From: an uncultured Thermoplasmatales archaeon
GTDB lineage: Archaea; Thermoplasmatota; E2; DHVEG-1
Reading direction: 5' to 3'
DNA length: 34,033 bases
Assembly (NCBI GenBank): GCA_964517155.1
Contig: CAZFAZ010000036.1
Span: forward strand, 1-34,033
Shown: piece by piece, positions 26,106-34,033 of the stretch
Layout: each line of letters opens with the position of its first letter
Numbering within the stretch: position 1 is the stretch's first letter
The notes under the pieces: model-generated
The model's input: only the letters and a program-made list of their open reading frames with translations
Told to the model about the DNA's origin: nothing
Databases searched by the model: none
Translations under genes and position numbers: made by a program

Positions 26106-26564
26106 ATGAAAGAAAACTTTGAAGAACTACAAAAAAAGATAAACTACAAATTCAAAAACCCTGAGCTTTTAGAAAAAGCATTGACACATAAAACATATGC
26201 TTTTGAAGCAAAAACAGCAATAGAATATAACGAAAGATTAGAATTTTTAGGAGACAGCATCCTTGGTTTTATAGTTGCAGAAAAACTATATCAGGCAAAT
26301 AAATATTTTTCAGAAGGGGAGCTTACCCGAAGGCGTTCAACTCTTGTAAACAATCTTTTTTTAGCAGAAAAAGCAAAACAACTAGAGCTAGGCAAATACC
26401 TACTGCTTGGAAAAGGAGAAAAACTACAAAACGGAGATAAAAACTTAACAAATCTTGCAAACACACTAGAAGCATTAATAGGTGCAGTATATTTGGATTC
26501 AGACATAAAAACAGTTGAAAAATTTATAACAAAAAATATTTTTAATGAAAAAATTGAGTTTTAA
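26106..26564 (+). CDS. rnc: Ribonuclease III, nuclease domain only (no dsRBD)
   Basis: ALTHKT, signature NERLEFLGDS, EGELT, LGKGE and LANTLEALIGAVYLD; the ORF ends right after the catalytic domain. Confidence 0.88.
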   Translation: MKENFEELQKKINYKFKNPELLEKALTHKTYAFEAKTAIEYNERLEFLGDSILGFIVAEKLYQANKYFSEGELTRRRSTLVNNLFLAEKAKQLELGKYLLLGKGEKLQNGDKNLTNLANTLEALIGAVYLDSDIKTVEKFITKNIFNEKIEF

Positions 26565-27182
26565 CTATTTTTTCAAACAATAAATATCAATTGTTTCATC
26601 ATTGAAATTGCAACTATTTACAATTTCAAAAATAAAATTATTTTTTTTAATTATAACTTCAAGTTTTTCTCTATCCGAAAGGCTACTGAAAACAAAATAA
26701 ACTCTACCATTTTTTTTTAAAAAAACTGATACAGAATTAATAAAACGCTTTATAATTTCAAGACCATCAAAACCACCATTAACTGCTTTATCAAACCAAC
26801 CAGCGCCACCTACTAATTCTTCTTTAGCGGTAGGCAGATAAGGAGGGTTAAAAACAATTATATCAAAAGAATCCAAATTGTTTAAAACCGAGAAAAGATC
26901 ACCTATGCGGACATCAAAACTACCCTGAAGTTTATCTTTATTTACCAAAAAATTTTTCTTGACAAGTTCCACTGCAAAGGGATTGATATCGCAACATATA
27001 ACATTTGCACCAAGGCTTGCGCAATAAAGTGCTATTAAACCAGAGCCGCAACCAATTTCAAATACAGATTCATCCTCAGATACATCCAAGGAATCGGCAA
27101 GCAGAAATGTATCCTCGGCTGGCTCATAAACCTCAGGATGCAGTTCAATTGTTAAATTCTTAAATGTAAAACTTTTAGACAT
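26565..27182 (-). CDS. HemK2/Mtq2-type release-factor glutamine methyltransferase
   Basis: VYEPAEDTFLL, EIGCGSG, DINP, FNPPYLP and GGFDG motifs; ATG at 27182. Confidence 0.9.
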   Translation of the reverse strand: MSKSFTFKNLTIELHPEVYEPAEDTFLLADSLDVSEDESVFEIGCGSGLIALYCASLGANVICCDINPFAVELVKKNFLVNKDKLQGSFDVRIGDLFSVLNNLDSFDIIVFNPPYLPTAKEELVGGAGWFDKAVNGGFDGLEIIKRFINSVSVFLKKNGRVYFVFSSLSDREKLEVIIKKNNFIFEIVNSCNFNDETIDIYCLKK

Positions 27183-27261
27183 ATCTAAATTCAAAATATA
27201 CAACTACTTTTTATGACCTTTTAAAAAAATATAAATAATACATAATACCTGACAATCTCTC

Positions 27262-27543
27262 ATGGAGAATAGAACAAAATCACAAATAATGATAGGGCTT
27301 CTTGCTTTTTTTGCGTCAATGTGGATAATTATACAGTGGGCTTTAAACTATGCTGAGCCTTTGAAGATACTTGGAATAATACTACTTTTATTAGTAGTAA
27401 TGTTAGTTTTATCCTATATCCTTATATCGATTTTAGAATGGATGGCGATATTTGATTTGAAAACAAATGCTGTATTAACTCTTATTGTTCTTACTACATT
27501 TATGATAACATTAACGATTTATCTTTTATCTACTTATAAATAA
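27262..27543 (+). CDS. Small membrane protein (3 TM), hypothetical
   Basis: 93-aa ORF with three hydrophobic stretches. Confidence 0.6.
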   Translation: MENRTKSQIMIGLLAFFASMWIIIQWALNYAEPLKILGIILLLLVVMLVLSYILISILEWMAIFDLKTNAVLTLIVLTTFMITLTIYLLSTYK

Positions 27544-27560
27544 CACATTAAGATAAAATA

Positions 27561-28175
27561 TTACTTTTTTATTTTCTTTAAAAGATTTTTAAAATTCTGT
27601 TCACTTTCAATAAGAGCATTTTCTGCAATTTTATTATCTGTGTTGTTTTTAATTATAAAAGTTCCACCAATTCGACCGTCATCAAATGTAGTTGGAACAA
27701 TTTTTATTATAAAAAAATAAGTGTCTCCCTGCCTCTCAAAATCAATTTCCTGTTTGAATTTTTTACCTTCTAAAGATTCTTTTATACCTACAAGAATCTG
27801 GGAAATATCCTCTAGTATCTCTTTTAATAATTCATGTATAAACTGTCCAATTATATTTTCTCGGGATGTGTTTATAAAATTTAGAAAGGAATCATTAATC
27901 ATTGTTATTCTTAAATCATGGTCAAATACTAAGATAAAATCAGATGTATAGTTTAACAGGTCATTAATTGGGACCCTGCGTGATGGGAAAAAAACTTTTG
28001 CAGGTCCAAATGTTATCATTTCAACGTGACCTGATATTCTCATTATATCTAGATATTTTGCAACAGAGTTGCGGTTGATTTTAATTTTTCTTGCAATGTC
28101 TGTAACAGTCATTCCTTTGGAATTTTCTCTAAGGATCTGTTTTATTTGTTCGATTTCCTGCTCGTACCCATCCAT
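27561..28175 (-). CDS. Winged-helix plus PAS domain transcriptional regulator
   Basis: GMTVTDIARKIKINRNSVAKYLDIM..SGHV (wHTH), then a PAS domain (ILVFD...IN.SF....REN.IG) and a coiled-coil tail ALIESEQNFK. Confidence 0.85.
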   Translation of the reverse strand: MDGYEQEIEQIKQILRENSKGMTVTDIARKIKINRNSVAKYLDIMRISGHVEMITFGPAKVFFPSRRVPINDLLNYTSDFILVFDHDLRITMINDSFLNFINTSRENIIGQFIHELLKEILEDISQILVGIKESLEGKKFKQEIDFERQGDTYFFIIKIVPTTFDDGRIGGTFIIKNNTDNKIAENALIESEQNFKNLLKKIKK

Positions 28176-28221
28176 TTGTTTGTGTATCGTTTCTTTTATA
28201 TTTATGCATTTCTCTATTAAC

Positions 28222-28312
28222 TTGCACTATTGCCATGCAAAGAGCGAAATATTTAAATACTAAATATAACATATTGGGTATTGCAGTGCAGTATTGCATT
28301 GCAAAGGTGAGG
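28222..28312 (+). promoter_or_regulatory. Divergent promoter with TGCA palindromes, TATA TTTAAATA (28252-28259) and SD GGTGAGG
   Basis: TTGCA-N9-TGCAA (28222-28240), TTGCAGTGCA-GTAT-TGCATTGCAA (28281-28304, one mismatch), GGTGAGG (28306-28312). Confidence 0.55.
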
Positions 28313-28314
28313 AA

Positions 28315-28584
28315 ATGAAAGGTTTCATCAAAAAAACACAAAACAAGTCTTCCAACAAAAAGATGAAACCTACATACAAAACAATTACACTCAAAACAAA
28401 TGGGGGAGAAAAGTGCCAGACAAGAAAAAAAGTGCATCCCAATCCACATCCTAAAAACTTGTCTGCACTAAACTTTTTTAAAAATCACATACATCCTAAC
28501 ATCCTCTCCACCACATTCCTCCTAAAAAAACAAAGAGGTGCCTCCGCATCCCAAATTCCCGTCTCTCATCATTCTTTAAAATAA
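28315..28584 (+). CDS. Putative small basic ORF (89 aa), possibly decayed
   Basis: TATA and SD before ATG 28315; Lys-rich low-complexity product with no recognised family. Confidence 0.3.
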   Translation: MKGFIKKTQNKSSNKKMKPTYKTITLKTNGGEKCQTRKKVHPNPHPKNLSALNFFKNHIHPNILSTTFLLKKQRGASASQIPVSHHSLK

Positions 28585-28595
28585 AGAAATGAGAG
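28563..28595. terminator. Hairpin CTCTCAT-ca-TTCTTTA-aaa-TAAAGAA-ATGAGAG
   Basis: 14 paired bases with a 2-nt bulge, overlapping the stop codon at 28582-28584. Confidence 0.45.
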
Positions 28596-28689
28596 GTACC
28601 TCTTCTAATTTTCTTAGCATTAATATTAAAATATCCAAAAATTAATAAGCGTTAATCACCTAATATATATTATATAACGGGGGTAATTA

Positions 28690-30006
28690 ATGAAAAAAAT
28701 TACATTAAAAATACTATCATTTCTAATATTAATTATACTAATTATCAGCCCACTACTAACCGCAAATACAAGCATACAAAAAAAACAAAATATCAAAGAA
28801 ACAAACCTAGAAACAAAAATAACAAATCCAAAAATACAAGAAATAATAGAAAAAATAAATGAATCACTTGTAAGAGAATTCATGGAATATCTAGTATTTG
28901 AAATAGGATGCAGATACACAGGAACATACGGCTGTGAAAAAGCAGCAAGTTACATATATGAACAATTCGAAAACATGGGACTCCAAACAAGATACCAAGA
29001 TTGGAGCTCTTTGGGAAACCGATGGCATCCTAGTTTTTTCAAATCACAAAATGTTATAGGGACACATATTGGAACAGACCCTGCTTCTGATGAAATAATA
29101 ATTTTTAATGCACACTACGACACAGTAAAAGAAACAGTTGGCGCAGTAGACGACGGATCAGGAACAGTAGGTGTACTTGCTGCAGCCTACGTACTAAGCC
29201 AATACGATTTTAAAAGAACAATGGAATTTGTAACTTTTTCAGGAGAAGAAATAGGTCTACGCGGAAGTCATGCATACGTAAAAGAACTATATGAAAAACA
29301 AACACCCGTACTTGTCGAATTTAATGCAGATATGATAGGAAAAGCAACATCTGCAGAAACAGGCAGAAAAATTAGACTGTCAGTCACTGAAGATGCAGGA
29401 TGGATTGCAGATATAATGAAAGATATGACAAATGATTACGGCTTTAATTTTAATATCACAAAATGGGACATGGATAGAGATGCAAAAAGTGGTGGAAGTG
29501 ACTATTTTGAATTTATTCAACTAGGATATGAATCAGTCGCAGTATGGCAAGGCGAATGGGATCCATATATGCACACACCTCAAGATAACATAAGCAATGT
29601 AAACTTCAGCTATCTTGTAAACACAACAAGACACATTGCCGCAACAATGGCAATACTTGCGGATATTGATATAGAACAACCACAAATCTATATTGCAAAC
29701 CCAAGATTTGGAAAAATATTTTACAATGATAATTCACAAAAAACATATAGATACAAAACACCAATAATAATTGACAAAACAAACATATACGCAGAAGTAA
29801 ACGAAGGACTACACCCGATTGAAAAAGTAGAATTTTATTACAATAACAAACTGATAGCCACCCTAGATGAAAAACCATATGAATACATGCTAAATAAAAG
29901 GTCATTAGGCTTTCAGAAAATAAAAGTTGTAGCCTATGACACACAAGGAAACAATGCAACAGATGAAATGAAAATACTTTTTTTAAACATACTAAAAAAC
30001 AACTAA
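28690..30006 (+). CDS. Secreted M28-family aminopeptidase with C-terminal Ig-like domain
   Basis: Signal peptide MKKITLKILSFLIL..., NAHYDT, GAVDDGSG, SGEEIGLRGS, NADMIG, SDY, HTPQD, then VEFY...IKVVAYD..GN. Confidence 0.9.
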   Translation: MKKITLKILSFLILIILIISPLLTANTSIQKKQNIKETNLETKITNPKIQEIIEKINESLVREFMEYLVFEIGCRYTGTYGCEKAASYIYEQFENMGLQTRYQDWSSLGNRWHPSFFKSQNVIGTHIGTDPASDEIIIFNAHYDTVKETVGAVDDGSGTVGVLAAAYVLSQYDFKRTMEFVTFSGEEIGLRGSHAYVKELYEKQTPVLVEFNADMIGKATSAETGRKIRLSVTEDAGWIADIMKDMTNDYGFNFNITKWDMDRDAKSGGSDYFEFIQLGYESVAVWQGEWDPYMHTPQDNISNVNFSYLVNTTRHIAATMAILADIDIEQPQIYIANPRFGKIFYNDNSQKTYRYKTPIIIDKTNIYAEVNEGLHPIEKVEFYYNNKLIATLDEKPYEYMLNKRSLGFQKIKVVAYDTQGNNATDEMKILFLNILKNN

Positions 30007-30073
30007 CTTTTTTTTCTATAACAACATTTTAAAAAACATTAGATATTTCAAGCTTTAAAGGATGTAAAATATT

Positions 30074-30898
30074 ATGAAACTTGCACTAATTTCAATGAGA
30101 CCAAAAATTGCAGATACAAAATCAAACTTAGAACAAATAGAAAAATACATTAAAAAAACAAAAGCAGACATGTATGTTTTTGGGGAAATGAATATAACAG
30201 GGTATCCACTAAAAGATGAACTTAGAGACTTTGCAGAAACAAAAGATGGAAAAATTATAAAACAAATAAAAAAACTTGCAATAGAAAACAACGCATATAT
30301 AGTTGCAGGACTACCGACAAGAGATGAAAAAGTTAAAGGACTTATTTACAACTCTGCGATACTTGTCCATCCAAATGGAAAAGCCGATATTTACAATAAA
30401 TGGTTTTTACCGACATTTGGACCATTTGAAGAAAAAATATTTTTTGATGAAGGAGAAAACCTAACAGTATCAGATACAAAATTTGGAAAAATAGGACTTA
30501 TTATCTGCTATGATATATTCTTTCCTGAACTGTGCAAAGCATATGCTCTTATGGGATGTGACATAATAATATGTGTATCTGCATCACCTTCTACAACACG
30601 TAAATATTTTGAAACATTAATACCTGCACGAGCAATAGAAAACACAGTCTTCATCGTTTATGCAAACATTGTAGGAACACAAGAAAATCTAGTATTCTGG
30701 GGAGGATCACAAGTATACGACCCGCTGGCAAACCAGCTTGTTAAAGCACCATACTTTAAAGAAAGCGTAGTAACCTGTGAAATAAATTTAAAAGATCTTG
30801 AAAAAGCACGAGCAAACAGACCAGTAATTAGAGATGTAAGACCTGAGATATACACTGATTTATATGAAATATCAAGAAAACATAAAATCAAAAAATAA
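30074..30898 (+). CDS. Carbon-nitrogen hydrolase (nitrilase/amidase superfamily)
   Basis: Glu-Lys-Cys triad in FGEMN, YNKWFL and ICYDIFFPE; ARAIEN and WGGS motifs. Confidence 0.92.
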   Translation: MKLALISMRPKIADTKSNLEQIEKYIKKTKADMYVFGEMNITGYPLKDELRDFAETKDGKIIKQIKKLAIENNAYIVAGLPTRDEKVKGLIYNSAILVHPNGKADIYNKWFLPTFGPFEEKIFFDEGENLTVSDTKFGKIGLIICYDIFFPELCKAYALMGCDIIICVSASPSTTRKYFETLIPARAIENTVFIVYANIVGTQENLVFWGGSQVYDPLANQLVKAPYFKESVVTCEINLKDLEKARANRPVIRDVRPEIYTDLYEISRKHKIKK

Positions 30899-30999
30899 AA
30901 AATAAAGGCTCATTGAAATATTTTCAAAAAGTATTTACCCATTAAAAACATTCGGGAAAAACTGTTGATTCATCTTAATTATGCGGGGAGTAAAAACAA

Positions 31000-31860
31000 A
31001 TGAAGAAACTTTCAAAAAAAGAACTACTTAAACTAGAAATAACCGCGGTTAAAATTAGAAAACACGTAATAGAAATGCTATACTGCGCAAGATCTGGTCA
31101 TCCTGGTGGAAGCCTATCGGCAGTAGATGCAATAGTAGCACTTTATTTTTCACATATGAATCATAATCCTAAAAAACCAAAAGATCCAAACAGAGACCGA
31201 TTTATACTAAGTAAAGGCCACGCCGCACCAGCATTATATGCTACACTTGCAGAAAGCAGTTATTTTAATGTAAAAGAATTAGAAAAACTAAGGAAAATAA
31301 ACTGCATGCTTCAGGGACACCCAGTATGTACATACATACCTGGGGTAGAAGCATCAACAGGATCACTTGGCCATGGACTTTCATTTTCAAACGGTGTAGC
31401 CCTTGCAGGAAAACTAGATGAAAAAGATTACAACGTATACTGCATGATGGGAGATGGAGAAACTGCAGAAGGACAAGTCTGGGAAGCAGCAGCAGTTGCA
31501 TCACACTATAAACTTGATAATCTAACAGCGATGATTGATAGAAACTACCTGCAAATAGATGGAAACACAGAAGACGTGTTAAAACTTGAATCTATAAATG
31601 AAAGATGGAGCAGTTTTGGCTGGCATACAATTGAAGTAGATGGACATAACATTGAAAAAATATTAGAAGCATTAAAACAATCAAATGAAAACAAAAACAA
31701 ACCAACAATAATTATACTAAACACTACAAAAGGAAAAGGAGTAAGCTTCATGGAAAACAACGTAGACTTCCATGGAGTACCACCAAACGAGATGGAAAGA
31801 AACCTTGCAATAGAAGAACTTACAATGCTTGAGAAAAAACTGGAGGCACAACTAGCATGA
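31000..31860 (+). CDS. Transketolase, N-terminal subunit
   Basis: SGHPGGSLS, DRFILSKGH, STGSLGHG and the TPP motif GDGE...N. Confidence 0.95.
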   Translation: MKKLSKKELLKLEITAVKIRKHVIEMLYCARSGHPGGSLSAVDAIVALYFSHMNHNPKKPKDPNRDRFILSKGHAAPALYATLAESSYFNVKELEKLRKINCMLQGHPVCTYIPGVEASTGSLGHGLSFSNGVALAGKLDEKDYNVYCMMGDGETAEGQVWEAAAVASHYKLDNLTAMIDRNYLQIDGNTEDVLKLESINERWSSFGWHTIEVDGHNIEKILEALKQSNENKNKPTIIILNTTKGKGVSFMENNVDFHGVPPNEMERNLAIEELTMLEKKLEAQLA

Positions 31861-32807
31861 GCAGTAGATTAATGTTTAACCCAAGAAACGCATATGGAGA
31901 AGCACTTATAGAGCTTGGTGAAAAACACAAAAATTTAGTAGTTCTTGATGCCGATTTATCAAAATCTACAAAAACTATTATGTTTGCAAAAAAATATCCA
32001 CAGCGTTTTTTTGAAATGGGAATTGCAGAAGCAAATATGATTTCTACAGCAGCAGGTTTTGCAAGCTGCGGAAAAATACCTTTTGCAAGTACATTTGCAG
32101 TATTTGCAACAGGACGAGTATATGATCAAATCAGAATGGACGTGGCATACTCAAAGGCAAATGTAAAAATCTTTGCAACACATGGTGGCATAAGTGTAGG
32201 AGAAGACGGGGCAAGTCATCAAATGATAGAGGATTTGGCACTTATGAGAGCACTACCTTATATGACAGTACTTGCACCAAGTGATGCACCTCAAACAAAA
32301 AAAATCGTTCATCTAATGGCTGAAACCAAAGGGCCAATGTATGCAAGAGTGGGAAGAGCAGATGCACCAGTGATATACTCAGAAAAAGATTTAGAAGAAC
32401 TAAAAATCGGAAAAGGAATAGTAGTCGAAGATGGAACTGATATAACATTTATTGCAACAGGTACAATGGTTGAACCAGCACTTGAAGCAAAAAAACTGCT
32501 TAAAGAAAAAAAAATATCTGCAAGAGTAATAGATATGCACACTATAAAACCACTAGATGAAAAACTAGTTTTAAAATCTGCTAAAGAAACAAATGCAATA
32601 ATTACTGCAGAAGAACACTCAATAATCGGCGGACTTGGCGCCGCAGTCGCAGAAACACTTGCAGAAAACCGTGTTTCAACAGGATTTCTTAGAATGGGTA
32701 TAAAAGATGTATTCTGTGAAAGCGGATCACCCAAAGAACTATGGGAAAAATACGAGCTTAACGAAAAACATATGGTAAAAAAAGCACAAAACCTACTTAA
32801 AAAATAA
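31857..32807 (+). CDS. Transketolase, C-terminal subunit
   Basis: DADLSKST, MGIAEANM, GEDGASHQ and EEHSIIGGLG; ATGA overlap with the N-terminal subunit gene. Confidence 0.95.
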   Translation: MSSRLMFNPRNAYGEALIELGEKHKNLVVLDADLSKSTKTIMFAKKYPQRFFEMGIAEANMISTAAGFASCGKIPFASTFAVFATGRVYDQIRMDVAYSKANVKIFATHGGISVGEDGASHQMIEDLALMRALPYMTVLAPSDAPQTKKIVHLMAETKGPMYARVGRADAPVIYSEKDLEELKIGKGIVVEDGTDITFIATGTMVEPALEAKKLLKEKKISARVIDMHTIKPLDEKLVLKSAKETNAIITAEEHSIIGGLGAAVAETLAENRVSTGFLRMGIKDVFCESGSPKELWEKYELNEKHMVKKAQNLLKK

Positions 32808-32811
32808 TATT

Positions 32812-33924
32812 TTACCTAGATACAACAATAGTTAAAATATCTCCATCTTTTAATATATGCTCAAGACCAACCTTTTGAACATCATGCTTAGCACTAGGAC
32901 CTGATACATTTGCATACCTAAATTTATCCTTAAAATTTCTATGAAGCTTACGACAAGCATCTTCAACAGTACTACCCGTTCTAAGAATCAAAGGCTCATC
33001 CATATCTGGTTTTTCACCAACAGGTTTCATAAAAACGCGAATAAGCTTTAATTCCTCAAAGATACGCTTTCGCAGCTCCTTAAGACCAAATCCCTTAGCA
33101 GCAGAAATACCAATAACCGTCCAACCACGAGATTTAACACTTTGAATTTGTCTTTTAAGCGAATCAGAACTAATTAAATCAACTTTATTTACAACAACAA
33201 TTGCAGGAAGATACACACGATTTTCAACAAAAACATCAATAAGTTGATCCTCAGTTATATCCTCACGAATAATAATATCAGCATTAATAACATACTCAGA
33301 AGCGATAGATTTTATAAGCTCTTCATCAAGAAAAGAAAGCTTAACTGTTGAAAAAACATTAATTCCACCAAAACCTGTTTTTTTTATAACAACATCAGGA
33401 CGAGTATAATTAAGCCTAAGACCTGCTTTATGAAGCTCACCAGCCATAAGATCAAGATGATAAGGATGATTTGCATCAATCATAAACAAAATAAGATCAA
33501 CGTTTCTCACGGCAGATAAAACCTCGCGACCACGGCCTTTACCCTCAGATGCACCAGTTATAAGACCAGGTAAATCAAAAACCTGAATTTCAGCACCATT
33601 GTAATACATCATCCCTGGAATTGCATCAAGAGTCGTAAAATCATAAGAACCAACTCTACTTTCGGCACTAGTAAGCTGATTTAAAAGAGTACTTTTACCA
33701 ATACTTGGGAAACCCACAAGACCTATAGTTGCATCACCCTGTTTTTTAATCGAAAAACCTTTACCTTTACCACCAGCGCTTTTACGTTTATCAATATCTT
33801 GTCTGAGTCTAGCAATCTTAGCTTTTAATTTACCAATATGATGCTCTGTAGCCTTATTTTTCTGAGTATTAAATATTTCATCTTCAATATCTTTTATTTG
33901 TTTTTCAATATCTGACGTGTCCAT
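32812..33924 (-). CDS. DRG/RBG-family OBG GTPase with TGS domain
   Basis: KNKATEHH, GFPSIGKS, YDFTT, DLPG, NKVD, ISA and C-terminal TGS domain; ATG at 33924. Confidence 0.95.
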   Translation of the reverse strand: MDTSDIEKQIKDIEDEIFNTQKNKATEHHIGKLKAKIARLRQDIDKRKSAGGKGKGFSIKKQGDATIGLVGFPSIGKSTLLNQLTSAESRVGSYDFTTLDAIPGMMYYNGAEIQVFDLPGLITGASEGKGRGREVLSAVRNVDLILFMIDANHPYHLDLMAGELHKAGLRLNYTRPDVVIKKTGFGGINVFSTVKLSFLDEELIKSIASEYVINADIIIREDITEDQLIDVFVENRVYLPAIVVVNKVDLISSDSLKRQIQSVKSRGWTVIGISAAKGFGLKELRKRIFEELKLIRVFMKPVGEKPDMDEPLILRTGSTVEDACRKLHRNFKDKFRYANVSGPSAKHDVQKVGLEHILKDGDILTIVVSR

Positions 33925-34033
33925 AGTAGTTAAAAAACCCAAATACAAAAGTATTTAATAAAAACTACTCACGAATAATCATTTACAAACAATATTATTT
34001 TACAATATGAGTGCCGGTTTTACCAATAAATGC

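Noticed and set aside
28435..28551. CsrB-like sRNA from repeated AGGATG on the minus strand
   Set aside because: CsrA/RsmA is a bacterial system and the motifs are not clearly in hairpin loops; kept only as an unexplained repeat tract.
527..32734. Numerous 60-140 aa antisense or overlapping ORFs in the track (e.g. 1617-2009, 3839-4231, 8121-8513, 12097-12453, 19870-20232, 28129-28449, 29606-29959, 32309-32734)
   Set aside because: They mostly shadow well-supported genes or promoter regions and show no motifs or translation signals.

Overview
AT-rich archaeal chromosomal segment. Archaeal markers are MptA, RfcS, a PAC2 proteasome chaperone, HemK2, a DRG GTPase and TATA-type promoters. Secreted C1A and M28 peptidases, a tandem Lrp regulator and a stand-alone FIST protein suggest a peptide-degrading Thermoplasmatota lineage such as MBG-D/Thermoprofundales; that assignment is inference. 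Mostly housekeeping blocks (1-11 kb and 23.9-34 kb) flank an accessory region (about 12.2-23.8 kb). The most notable part is a compact cassette. It holds a 27-aa hydrophobic sORF, a tandem Lrp/AsnC regulator, a B12-dependent radical SAM enzyme of the RiPP-maturation type and a 62-aa Cys-patterned peptide. These are followed by an Asp-motif membrane protein, two divergent GGR-family flavoproteins and a convergent roadblock-like plus FIST pair. It is a candidate archaeal peptide or small-molecule biosynthesis-and-sensing system. Other observations: two genes that appear to start at ATT or ATC, a HEPN toxin with an internal deletion next to its intact MNT antitoxin, an RNase III without a dsRBD, an ArcE-like protein, several operator-like palindromes and REP-like repeat clusters. 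All family calls come from motifs recognised by eye; no searches were run.
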